Assembly (NCBI GenBank): GCA_032718475.1
Contig: JAUCBJ010005775.1
Location: 1 to 62,962, forward strand
Source of the DNA: Nemertoderma westbladi
Taxonomy: Eukaryota; Animalia; Xenacoelomorpha
Direction of reading: 5' to 3'
DNA: 62,962 nucleotides
Made by a program: the position numbers and the translations under genes. The notes under the pieces are model-generated. The model was not told the DNA's origin, ran no database searches, and saw only the letters and a list, made by a program, of their open reading frames with translations. This document shows, in pieces, positions 1 through 12,206 of this stretch (the first letter of the stretch is position 1; the number at the start of each line of letters is the position of its first letter).

Positions 1-3000
1 CGCCCCATTGTCCGACTACAACCTACCTTATAGACAATACGAACGCCCCATTGTCCGACTGTAACCTACCTTATAGACAATACGAATGCCCCATTGTCCG
101 ACTGTAACCTACCTTATAGACAATACGAACGCCTCATTGTCCGACTGTAACCTACCTTATAGACAATACGAACGCCCCATTGTCCGACTACAACCTACCT
201 TATAGACAATACGAACGCCCCATTGTCCGACTGTAACCTACCTTATAGACAATACGAATGCCCCATTGTCCGACTGTAACCTACCTTATAGACAATACGA
301 ACGCCCCATTGTCCGACTACAACCTACCTTATAGACAATACGAACGCCTCATTGTCCGACTACAACCTACCTTATAGACAATACGAACGCCCCATTGTCC
401 GACTGTAACCTACCTTATAGACAATACGAATGCCCCATTGTCCGACTGTAACCTACCTTATAGACAATACGAACGCCTCATTGTCCGACTGTAACCTACC
501 TTATAGACAATACGAACGCCCCATTGTCCGACTGTAACCTACCTTATAGACAATACGAACGCCTCATTGTCCGTCTGTAACCTACCTTATAGACAATACG
601 AACGCCCCATTGTCCGACTACAACCTACCTTATAGACAATACGAACGCCTCATTGTCCGACTGTAACCTACCTTATAGACAATACGAACGCCCCATTGTC
701 CGACTACAACCTACCTTATAGACAATACGAACGCCCCATTGTCCGACTACAACCTACCTTATAGACAATACGAACGCCTCATTGTCCGACTGTAACCTAC
801 CTTATAGACAATACGAACGCCCCATTGTCCGACTACAACCTACCTTATAGACAATACGAACGCCCCATTGTCCGACTACAACCTACCTTATAGACAATAC
901 GAACGCCCCATTGTCCGACTGTAACCTACCTTATAGACAATACGAACGCCCCATTGTCCGACTGTAACCTACCTTATAGACAATACGAACGCCTCATTGT
1001 CCGACTGTAACCTACCTTATAGACAATACGAACGCCCCATTGTCCGACTACAACCTACCTTATAGACAATACGAACGCCCCATTGTCCGACTGTAACCTA
1101 CCTTATAGACAATACGAACGCCCCATTGTCCGACTGTAACCTACCTTATAGACAATACGAACGCCCCATTGTCCGACTGTAACCTACCTTATAGACAATA
1201 CGAATGCCCCATTGTCCGACTGTAACCTACCTTATAGACAATACGAACGCCTCATTGTCCGACTGTAACCTACCTTATAGACAATACGAACGCCCCATTG
1301 TCCGACTGTAACCTACCTTATAGACAATACGAACGCCCCATTGTCCGACTGTAACCTACCTTAGTTATAGACAATACGAACGCCCCATTGTCCGACTGTA
1401 ACCTACCTTATAGACAATACGAACGCCCCATTGTCCGACTGTAACCTACCTTATAGACAATACGAACGCCCCATTGTCCGACTGTAACCTACCTTATAGA
1501 CAATACGAACGCCCCATTGTCCGACTGCAACCTACCTTATAGACAATACGAATGCCCCATTGTCCGACTGTAACCTACCTTATAGCCAATACGAATGCCC
1601 CATTGTCCGACTGTAACCTACCTTATAGCCAATACGAACGCCCCATTGTCCGACTGTAACCTACCTTATAGACAATACGAACGCCCCATTGTCCGACTGT
1701 AACCTACCTTATAGCCAATACGAATGCCCCATTGTCCGACTGTAACCTACCTTATAGACAATACGAATGCCCCATTGTCCGACTGTAACCTACCTTATAG
1801 CCAATACGAACGCCCCATTGTCCGACTGTAACCTACCTTATAGCCAATACGAACGCCCCATTGTCCGACTGTAACCTACCTTATAGACAATACGAACGCC
1901 CCATTGTCCGACTGTAACCTACCTTATAGCCAATACGAACGCCCCATTGTCCGACTGTAACCTACCTTATAGACAATACGAACGCCCCATTGTCCGACTG
2001 TAACCTACCTTATAGCCAATACGAACGCCCCATTGTCCGACTGTAACCTACCTTATAGACAATACGAACGCCCCATTGTCCGACTGTAACCTACCTTATA
2101 GCCAATACGAACGCCCCATTGTCCGACTGTAACCTACCTTATAGACAATACGAACGCCCCATTGTCCGACTGTAACCTACCTTATAGACAATACGAATGC
2201 CCCATTGTCCGACTGTAACCTACCTTATAGACAATACGAATGCCCCATTGTCCGACTGTAACCTACCTTATAGACAATACGAACGCCCCATTGTCCGACT
2301 GTAACCTACCTTATAGACAATACGAACGCCCCATTGTCCGACTGTAACCTACCTTATAGACAATACGAATGCCCCATTGTCCGACTGTAACCTACCTTAT
2401 AGACAATACGAACGCCCCATTGTCCGACTGTAACCTACCTTATAGACAATACGAACGCCTCATTGTCCGACTGTAACCTACCTTATAGACAATACGAACG
2501 CCCCATTGTCCGACTGTAACCTACCTTATAGACAATACGAACGCCCCATTGTCCGACTGTAACCTACCTTATAGACAATACGAACGCCCCATTGTCCGAC
2601 TGTAACCTACCTTATAGACAATACGAACGCCCCATTGTCCGACTGTAACCTACCTTATAGCCAATACGAACGCCCCATTGTCCGACTGTAACCTACCTTA
2701 TAGACAATACGAACGCCCCATTGTCCGACTGCAACCTACCTTATAGCCAATACGAATGCCCCATTGTCCGACTGTAACCTACCTTATAGCCAATACGAAT
2801 GCCCCATTGTCCGACTGTAACCTACCTTATAGCCAATACGAACGCCCCATTGTCCGACTGTAACCTACCTTATAGACAATACGAACGCCCCATTGTCCGA
2901 CTGTAACCTACCTTATAGCCAATACGAATGCCCCATTGTCCGACTGTAACCTACCTTATAGCCAATACGAATGCCCCATTGTCCGACTGTAACCTACCTT

Positions 3001-3675
3001 ATAGCCAATACGAATGCCCCATTGTCCGACTGTAACCTACCTTATAGCCAATACGAACGCCCCATTGTCCGACTGTAACCTACCTTATAGACAATACGAA
3101 CGCCCCATTGTCCGACTGTAACCTACCTTATAGCCAATACGAACGCCCCATTGTCCGACTGTAACCTACCTTATAGACAATACGAACGCCCCATTGTCCG
3201 ACTGTAACCTACCTTATAGCCAATACGAACGCCCCATTGTCCGACTGTAACCTACCTTATAGACAATACGAACGCCCCATTGTCCGACTGTAACCTACCT
3301 TATAGCCAATACGAACGCCCCATTGTCCGACTGTAACCTACCTTATAGACAATACGAACGCCCCATTGTCCGACTGTAACCTACCTTATAGCCAATACGA
3401 ACGCCCCATTGTCCGACTGTAACCTACCTTATAGACAATACGAACGCCCCATTGTCCGACTGTAACCTACCTTATAGACAATACGAACGCCCCATTGTCC
3501 GACTGTAACCTACCTTATAGACAATACGAACGCCCCATTGTCCGACTGTAACCTACCTTATAGACAATACGAACGCCCCATTGTCCGACTGTAACCTACC
3601 TTATAGACAATAAGAACGCCTCATTGTCCGACTGTAACCTACCTTATAGACAATACGAATGCCCCATTGTCCGAC
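1..3675. repeat. 43-bp tandem satellite, ~85 copies (runs off the left edge)
   Basis: Unit CGCCCCATTGTCCGACTGTAACCTACCTTATAGACAATACGAA recurs every 43 nt. Variants include TACAAC/TGTAAC, GCCTC/GCCCC, TAGCC/TAGAC and one TTAG insertion near 1361. The array ends abruptly at ~3675. Confidence 0.98.
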
Positions 3676-5683
3676 AGTTGGTGAATATAACCTATAGTGT
3701 AGGGCGTGTGGAAGGCTGGAGGGGAATCGTTTATATCTGTCACCGTGACAACGAGTTGTGTGGAAGAACTGAGAGAAGGAACTCCGGAATCAGTAGCTGT
3801 TATTGTTAGTATGTAGGAGGTTACCTAGGAGATTCAATGGAAATAATTAATTGGGAGATTTATTTTAGTCCAATATAAATACAATAATTTGCCAATGTTA
3901 TAATTGACAAATTTGTAATTGAAATATGATAAATATATATTGGATTACAAAAGTAAATGATTGATCAGTATTTAATCCTGATTTAATACCGTAGCAATAA
4001 AAATAGTGTCCAAACAAGTTCAAAAAATGTTATCTAACATTTTAATGAAATATGTAAATTCCTATGTCGCGATATTTTTATTTAAAAGGTAGTAAATAAA
4101 CGAAAATAAACAAGTGAAAATTTAAGAAAATATATAAAAATACAAACATACAGACAAAAACAAACATGAAATAATATATGCAGCAATCATAGACTCGCTT
4201 ATTCAATTACAACAAGGTACCATACTATATATAATACTTTGGGCTGTTGACGGTACAACAGTAGAGTACTCTTCTATTTATATTCCAAAAATACAAAAGA
4301 TATATACAATATAAATTCAAAATATATATGTTTTTAGGCTTTGAATTAACGGATGTGCCGGATTGACCATTTTCAAACCGGCCAGGCCGGAGCCGGAACT
4401 GGATTTGTAAAAGAATCCGGCCGGAATTCAGGCCAAAGCCGCATTTTTTTTATATATCACCACTTTTCTCCCGAATCAGCTATGGTGCCTTTATGCATGA
4501 ATAGAACTGGAGGGAGGGAGGGTACCGCGTCATTTGGTCGTTAGGTACCTCGTCGACAGATACGGGACCTAACGAGGCAGGACACATACCGGTAAGATCG
4601 CATCTGACAGATTGTTAAATGTTAAATATGAAAATGAAATGAAATAAAGGGCAAATTGAAAAATAGAACGAAGGAATAATAGCTGTTGTCTCCCCTAAAT
4701 CCCGTAATAATTCCTATATATCAAAATTTCCGTACTAAAAGTGTTATTTATTTTTTACGCAAATTGTGTTATATAGTACGCAAATTGTGTTATATTGTAC
4801 GGAAATTTGTAGCATTTTTAAATCGTTGTATTAATTTTCTAGAATATTAGCTACAGCATTTTTACATAATTATACTAAGGTAAGGATTCCCCATGAACAT
4901 TATGAAATTGGCCTACAATTATTCTAGAAAAATTTAAGTTTCCCATTTCATTTAGCGCAATGTAGGCTACTATACTATACAGAGACTAGGCCATCATAAA
5001 TAATTTTAAAGTTATTCTGGTATGTATTCAAGGTTATTCCTTAGCCACAGTTGCGAAAAATATAGCACTAAATTTTTTATCCTAATTGAGCGATAAGTCG
5101 TAATTACGAATGCGGCCCCTTAACTGGGCAACTCTTTCCCTCTCCGCTATTTTTTTTTATTTTTTTTTAATGATATCAGGAAAACTTTGAAATATAGATA
5201 GGCAGTATGCACTCGAATTTTTCTGTAGGTAGGAGAAATTAGCTTTCTCACTACTTACTTTGCAAACGTTTGCAAAAAGTGTCTCCTCAATATTGCACCC
5301 TTTGTACATCAAGAAATATTGGTATCTTTTTGCTGCTTTGTTGTTGCCGCTGGAAAGGCGGCATACAAGAATACAAGAGTAATGTATGTAAAGTGCAGGG
5401 CAGGCTGACTTGACTGGCATATTGGCATGGCATTAATTGAATTTCCTCTGATGTTTTGTGTGGCCATTTATTTGGTACGCAGCAAACTTCGGCCGGAGAA
5501 AGCTTCGCTCTCAAAATGATTATTAGCAACATTGTTTATTGTTTTGGTTAGAAAAAGTCATATGTAACCTGCCGTTTCTGTAATCTGCTCATTTCCCCCG
5601 ATCAGGCGAAGATTGGACGCGGGTGAAGACGCGCCAAACCATTTATTTAACTAATATTCTTGAAATACAAAACTATTTACATG

Positions 5684-5808
5684 ATTGTGTGAAAACTAGC
5701 ACTTCTCAGAGTTATGACCAGAGTGTATTTATGTAACAAGCGAGTGGAGCGAGTGAGGTATACATAAATATAAACGCTGTTAACAGAACAGTGCCCTTTT
5801 CACACAAT
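5684..5808. mobile_element. Degenerate palindromic MITE-like element
   Basis: Arms ATTGTGTGAAAA (5684-5695) and TTTTCACACAAT (5797-5808), with inner TATTTATGTA/TACATAAATA. The centre GTGGAGC resembles the GCGAAGC centre of the copies at 6801 and 62734. Confidence 0.55.
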
Positions 5809-6800
5809 GGTGAATGATGTATTGGGTGCGTAATTTTGTTACATTATGTAAACTTGTCTGCGTTTTCAACGCTTACAATTATTATATTTAAATATTGAAA
5901 TGTTCACTCTCTAGTAATATAAGTGAAATTGATATCCTTTTTAAGAAATTGCTTGCAGTTATTGTAACAAATGTAACGTAAATAATGTCACACTTACAGT
6001 ACAATATGGCTCTCATCGATAGACTGAGAACAGTCAAGACGTTTAGGGGTTTATTGCTATTAAGTTATGAATACTTTGCAGGGTTCCGTCCTATAGGCCG
6101 CAATGCTGTAAATAAGTACTTCGCTCGTTGCGAAGATATCACCAGAACGCTGATAAGTTGTCATAATAATGTAACAAAATACATATGTTCTAGAATGGTT
6201 TGTATGTTAAATAGTCCGATGGCAGAGGTATGAGAATGAAAATGGTGGGAATGGGCGTCGCCTAAGTCCTGAGTGCCTTGGGATGAGTTTCACAAAAGGG
6301 TAGATCCATCTCTTAGAAAAGCTGACCAACCATTCTGCCAAATTAACTACAGCTGTGTCACAATGTATCTATAATGTTCTCCTGTACCACCATATTAAGC
6401 AAAAACCCCCATGAGAGGATCAGCTTCACAGCCTGACTTCGCAGAGAGACCCGAGCCATGAAATATGTCTTCCGCCAATGAAGAAAGAGCAACAATGAGT
6501 AATATTTCAATTATACTGATTAGTCTCTCACCTGCACGCAGTCGAAATATTGAGGGAGGTAATTTTCTACTGTAACATCATCAATGGTCAGTCTATTTAC
6601 ATAGAGAAATTAAATAAAAACGCTTAAATTACCTTTATTACTTGTGATTATTTCCCGCTAAAATATTGAGTTTTTTAAATAGAGTCCGTAATAAATACCG
6701 TTATTTATATTATCCCCCAAAAATTCCATGCCCCATTTTCTTTACTCTCCCCCAAACAAAACCCTTTTAGAATTGTTAACCTTCTCAGGGAGACAACACA

Positions 6801-6977
6801 TTTATTGAACTGTTATTTGTTATTTTGTACGGATATTTTGTACTCGTAACTATTATTTCGTCCTCGGACGTGTTATAAGTCCTCGGCTTCGCCTCGGACG
6901 TTATAACAGTCCTTGGACGAAATAATAGTTACTCGTACAAAATATCCGTACAAAATAACAAATAACAGTTCAATAAA
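6801..6977. mobile_element. Near-perfect 177-bp palindromic MITE-like element
   Basis: TTTATTGAACTGTTATTTGTTATTTTGTACGGATATTTTGTAC... is mirrored by ...GTACAAAATATCCGTACAAAATAACAAATAACAGTTCAATAAA. The centre is GGCTTCGCC. Confidence 0.85.
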
Positions 6978-7264
6978 GATAGATTATGTGGATAACTCCA
7001 AATCTAACATAGACCAAATTGTAAAACAAGGGATCTTAATCTTAAATAATAGCCTAGCAGCAGCATTGTTGTATGGCCTTTGTGCACACGGCTGCCGTAA
7101 AGTTTCAACGTGCCCACAAATCATTGCAATACAAGGTCTACACTGTATCTCAAACGTGTTCCATTGTGTGTCTCCTTTATGTTATTGTTATCCGATTTGT
7201 AAGGTTGATTAATTATTCAAACGAATGCCTGTTCAGTTCATTATCACGGCGAAACACATCAACA

Positions 7265-7824
7265 CCTGTTCATCACCACAGATGATCTTCCACAGTACAC
7301 CCTTCCACTCTGTTTCCCAAAGGAATGCCTGTTCACCACCATGGGTGATCTTCCTCAGTAAACCCTTCCACACTGTTTCCTAAATGAATTCACGTTTACC
7401 ACCATGGGTGATCTTCCTCAGTAAACTCTTCCACCCTGTTTCCTAAAGGAATACCTGTTCACAGCAATGGGTGATCTTCCACAGTAAACCCTTCCACTAT
7501 GTTTCCAAAGGAATGCCTGTTCACCACCATGGATGATCTTCCACAGTAAACTCTTCCACCCTGTTTCCTAAAGGAATACCTGTTCACAGCAATGGGTGAT
7601 CTTCCACAGTAAACCCTTCCACTATGTTTCCTAAAGGAATGCCTGTTCACCACCATGGATGATCTTCCACAGTAAACCCTTCCACTCTGTTTCCTAAAGG
7701 AATGCCTGTTCACCACCATGGGTGATCTTCCACAGTAAACCCTTGCACTCTGTTTCCTAAAGGAATGTTCTGTTCACCACTATGGGTGATCTTCCACAGT
7801 AAACCCTTCCACTCTGTTTCCCAA
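7265..7824. repeat. 63-bp satellite, array 1 (~9 copies)
   Basis: Unit AGGAATGCCTGTTCACCACCATGGGTGATCTTCCACAGTAAACCCTTCCACTCTGTTTCCTAA. Same family as 34556-36574 (opposite orientation) and 58007-61968. Confidence 0.97.
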
Positions 7825-8499
7825 GTTACATTGTAATCTTAGACTAGTTATCAATTATCAATCAGTCAAGGGCCGTCAGTCAAGGGCCAGGGTTCGGGAT
7901 TATTGAATAAAATATATAAAATATATTAATAAGTTAAAATAATATAATGAATACCAATCAATTTCATATACTTCATGCAATTGAACATATATTACATTTT
8001 ATATATTTTATAATTAGTTATTGAACATTAACAACAATCTATAAAGGCATATCTTCTGATGAACAGTTAATAATATATTAAATATAGATAGTGCTTCATC
8101 GTGAAGATCGTTCAATAACAACTGCATCTGCAATTTAATAGAATTGCGGGGCAGTTATTAGATAAATCAGAAACATTTGTAACAGGAAACATTCTGGGAC
8201 TTGATATCACTGAAACTTAGAGATAATGTTTCACAAAATTGTGGTAGTTAGGGTTAATAGGTTTCTGCTAAACTCCGTCTGACATGCAGATCACGGGGTT
8301 ATAATATGTTGCGAAATGTAATATAATAAGTAATATCTAAATAATTAAATCAAAAATAAGAAATTATCCTCCTAAATTCATATCTACAACAGTTAAATTA
8401 ATTCTATAATGATACAGTTTTAATTTATATTGTATAGTTTAGGGGGTATTAGACATAATTAGGTTTTGTATGGTGGATATGAATATTGAGGTTTCTCAC

Positions 8500-9903
8500 T
8501 CATACAAGAAACGCAATCAAAGATGATATCAACAATCCAAGTTGAATAGGCGTCACAGCGGTCAAGGTAGTACTGGATGACTCAGCTGTTGTTGTTGTAA
8601 CATCATCTTCACAGATCTTTGATGATTCAATAGTATCTTCTGCCACAAACCCTGTGTCAACAACCTCGATGAGTATTGCTCCGCTGTGCCCCGCATTGTA
8701 AGAACCACCGGTCCCGTAGCTGTAAATGCTATCATCCACCATGATCCCACCACCACCGCCACCAAAACTGCCATCTCTAGGGTCTGGTCGTCCTGCAGTC
8801 AGTTCGAACTGCGTCATTTCCATATTGTACACATCGACAGTAATATTGCTCCCGATCCCACCATCCCAATCCTGTGAATCGGTACCATTCCCTCCATTCC
8901 TTCCTCCATAACCACCGTATTTACAATTGCAACCCCCACCTCCCCCACTGTATCCCCGTCCGCCTCTCCAAGTGCTTGTTTTACCTCCCTCCGCCCGAAT
9001 CAATTCCGTGCCGTCCTCGTCAACTAAAAATGTATCCTTACCCATCATCGCATCGGCACCATCGAAGATCTTACCGCCATACCCTATTGTATTTATCACA
9101 TCGAATGTATATGGAATACTGACGTTTTTAACAAAACTCACAAATCCGCTTCCCCCACCTCCCTTCTTGTAATATCCCCCAGAAGATGCAGTAGGACCAG
9201 AAGCAGCTCCTCCTCCAATAGCCAAAATATTAATTTTTGCAGCGCAACCCATAGTTAAGATCTTGTTAAGATCGCGACGCAAAATTGATTTAGTTCGTGG
9301 GTTTGAGCCGGTGTCAATTAGTGCTTCATACTGTTGGCAAGGTTCCCCTGGTCTACACTTCTTAGGACCTGTGTGGCACACAGAGTCCCCATTGCTATCA
9401 TAAATCTTTAAAAAGGTTTTACAGGAGGACAGTAGGGAACAGCCATTAGGAAAAATCTCGCTTGTAGCACCATAATGTGTGTAGAAATGACATGAGGGAT
9501 TCTCTTGACAAAGACACTGGCATGTTGATTCCTGGTGGATGTTCATAATGGCTTTGATAATGTTGTCGCCATTAGTCTCACATGCGTAATCGATACTGCA
9601 AGTTTCACAAATAGGAGGTCCTGAGATGCAGCCCTCACACCTTGTTGGTTTCTGGCATATAGAGTTGAACAAAAGGCATGAATTGGTGAGAGGTGAGGAA
9701 GTAGGTCCATACCATACGAAATAGCTGCACTTGGGGTATTCCATGCAAGTGGTCTTACATAAATTCCAAGTGTCGACCTTATATTCTGTGTGAATCAACC
9801 CATCTGTGGAGCAGCCTTTGTCTCTCTTCATACAAGATGGTATTCCACGGATGCCACCAATAATGACAAAGAAAATAATCGAAATTGTTAATGAGGACTT
9901 CAT
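8500..9903 (-). CDS. 467-aa secreted, probably GPI-anchored protein: signal peptide, two Cys-rich PAN/Apple-like modules, glycine-rich domain, Ser/Thr stalk, hydrophobic C-terminus
   Basis: Uninterrupted non-repetitive ORF, visibly more GC-rich than its flanks. Hydrophobic N-terminus MKSSLTISIIFFVIIGGIRG. Two modules have PAN-like Cys spacing (CKTTCMEYPKCSYFVWY..CLL; CQCLCQENPSCHFYTHY..CSL). Gly-rich motifs include AIGGG, GGGGSG, AEGG, GYSGGGGG, FGGGGGG and GHSGAILIE. TTTTAESSSTT precedes an uncharged hydrophobic tail. A splice acceptor (ttattttttAG, AG at 9917-9916) lies 12 nt upstream of the ATG. Confidence 0.9.
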   Translation of the reverse strand: MKSSLTISIIFFVIIGGIRGIPSCMKRDKGCSTDGLIHTEYKVDTWNLCKTTCMEYPKCSYFVWYGPTSSPLTNSCLLFNSICQKPTRCEGCISGPPICETCSIDYACETNGDNIIKAIMNIHQESTCQCLCQENPSCHFYTHYGATSEIFPNGCSLLSSCKTFLKIYDSNGDSVCHTGPKKCRPGEPCQQYEALIDTGSNPRTKSILRRDLNKILTMGCAAKINILAIGGGAASGPTASSGGYYKKGGGGSGFVSFVKNVSIPYTFDVINTIGYGGKIFDGADAMMGKDTFLVDEDGTELIRAEGGKTSTWRGGRGYSGGGGGCNCKYGGYGGRNGGNGTDSQDWDGGIGSNITVDVYNMEMTQFELTAGRPDPRDGSFGGGGGGIMVDDSIYSYGTGGSYNAGHSGAILIEVVDTGFVAEDTIESSKICEDDVTTTTAESSSTTLTAVTPIQLGLLISSLIAFLV

Positions 9904-12206
9904 TGTATTTATTGCCTAAAAAATAACTATTTTTGATGTTAAGTGATAAAAAGTACTTCAGATAATTATACTGATAGAGGCTATAACTTTTTTTGCGAAG
10001 CTTTGAACATTTTAATCTGGTGGACATGTACTGTACACTGTACACTGTAGGCCTACAGTACAGTACAATATACATGCAGACTGGGAATGCTCACTCAGGT
10101 TTAATTAAAACAAAGTCCCATTTCTATAAGGGACCTATGTTTCCATGTTTGTTGTTCTTTACCATGCTACGGTTTAAATTGAAGTTATATAAAGTTTTGA
10201 CAGATATATAAAGTGTTTACATATACTGTATTTACATACAGTGATATATTAAGTGTGTACGTAAACTATTCCTGCTATATACTATGCTGTTATATACTAG
10301 TAGGGTGGATCATAGAATACTAAATACAGTATAGATATATTAAGTATTCCATCCATGGGTGGAGCAAAAAGGCAAGATTTGGAAATCAAAAAAACAAGTA
10401 ATATGGAATAAAGATAACTGTAAGTTAATTGTAATAATTGTAAGTTATCTAGTAAATAATTCAGCTGCTCAACCATTGCTCTTCTTGAGTTACATTGCCA
10501 ATCAATTTCTCATGCATCAAAGCGACATTTTATTTGACTACCTCCAATAGTACCTTTAAATGATAAACAATTTGTGGATTGATCACAGGTTTATTAGAAA
10601 CCCTATCGATTTAGTGGGGTAGACAAATTCAACACAAGAGAAATGAATATTTCCAGAGATTTTCTAAAAATGTTTGGTGCAGCTCAGCTCAACCTCTGGG
10701 CATCTGTCTATGTGATATAGCTCTTTAAAAAGTTATACATCTAATGAGCTTTTGGTAAACTGGTTTTCACTCGCTAATGAAGTAGTTCCAGTGGGTGTAT
10801 GGACCTTCATCACATATTGATTGAATGCACAATCAGATCATGTTGGCACATTTATTTGGCTATGGCACGCTTATATGGGGGGATTGAACTGAACAGGCAT
10901 ATGTCTGTTGTGCATCCTCTTGAGAACTTATCAACTTACTCTTATTTTAATGGTCTCTAAGCGCACTAAATCGATACTGAAGTTGAATAATATTTGAGAT
11001 TATAAGAAGTATAATTTTCTGTGAAATACGGGCTGATACCTTGAGGTTGGGTGGTTGAACCGCATGACAAATTTTGTGGAAGAATATTTAAAGATGTAAT
11101 GTTGTGGTGAGTGATATACTCAAATTATTGAGCGAAAGAACTTTATTTAGATCAATCCAATAATTAATTGTAATAGAAGTTGTTTACCACGAAAAGGTAC
11201 TATTTGAGGTACCGGTCCGGTAGTCAGGATAAGTACTGGTTTAGTTCATGAGCTTGATGGCCCATGCGTCTCGGGTAGAATGTTTTGATGAGCAGTTTCT
11301 TTTTGGGTCTTTCACAAACTACATTCTGTTTTTCGATTTATAAAACTACCCTATTCCCTATATCTAACTATCCCATTACATAAGATAATGTTATAAATAA
11401 ATAATAAAATATATTAATAAAAATAAATATTATAATAGGTCATGCCCAACCTAATATACCGTATATTATTTTTGATTTTTCGTGATGTTGGAGTGATATT
11501 TCAAGTTATTATTTTAAATCCTCTTTCACCTATATCTCCTGCAAAATTGCCTAAAATATATATAATTTACAAGACTAAATTTTATCCTTATTATTCACGT
11601 TTTCTATATTTTGTCCCATAATTTTTATAAATCTTCCTATAATATTTTTAATCATGAAATCTCGAAATCCTTGAAATCTTGAAATCTAGGAAAATATTTA
11701 TAAAAAAAAGTGGCAAGTGGCATGTTTCACAGACTGATTCAGAGGTGGGTGATTCTAAACAAAATAACTAGCATCATAACGTCCAATTAAAGGGAAGGAG
11801 CAGGTTGCATTTATAACCACAGTTTATGTTTGTTTTCTAGCTGTAACTTGTAATTTAATATAAATATCAAATAGTACATACAGTATTAATGAATAAATTT
11901 AGTGTGATGTAGGCCTTGAGAGTTTTAGTTGTAGTTGAAAAGTTTTAAAATATTATTGGTTTTATTGAAGCCGCTTGTTAAAAAAGTACAAAATTAATTA
12001 ATAAGCATCAAATAAAGTGATGGTATTTTTAAGTGAAACATTAATACAACTTAGTGAAAAAAAACGTGGTTTATTACGTTATAATAAATATATTAATAAT
12101 TCTATATATATTAATATATATTATTTATTACTTGTTATGGCGCATCTTAGCAAAAATGCAGTTTGACGTCCATGTGACGACATCCAGATATCAGGTAGAA
12201 ATTCAA

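Noticed and set aside
1-3675. CRISPR array
   Set aside because: The units are head-to-tail with no unique spacers, there are no cas genes and the context is eukaryotic. The same applies to the 63-bp arrays.
5157-5532. Short minus-strand ORFs resembling a transposase Cys-rich tail
   Set aside because: The Cys spacing is incomplete, so no family can be assigned.
4684-6798. 2.1-kb element bounded by TGTTGTCTCCC / GGGAGACAACA
   Set aside because: Only an 11-bp inverted match, with no TSD and no coherent interior.
10450-11100. Possible L1/Tx1 fossil (DLHHILIEC near 10802)
   Set aside because: One short motif with no continuous frame.
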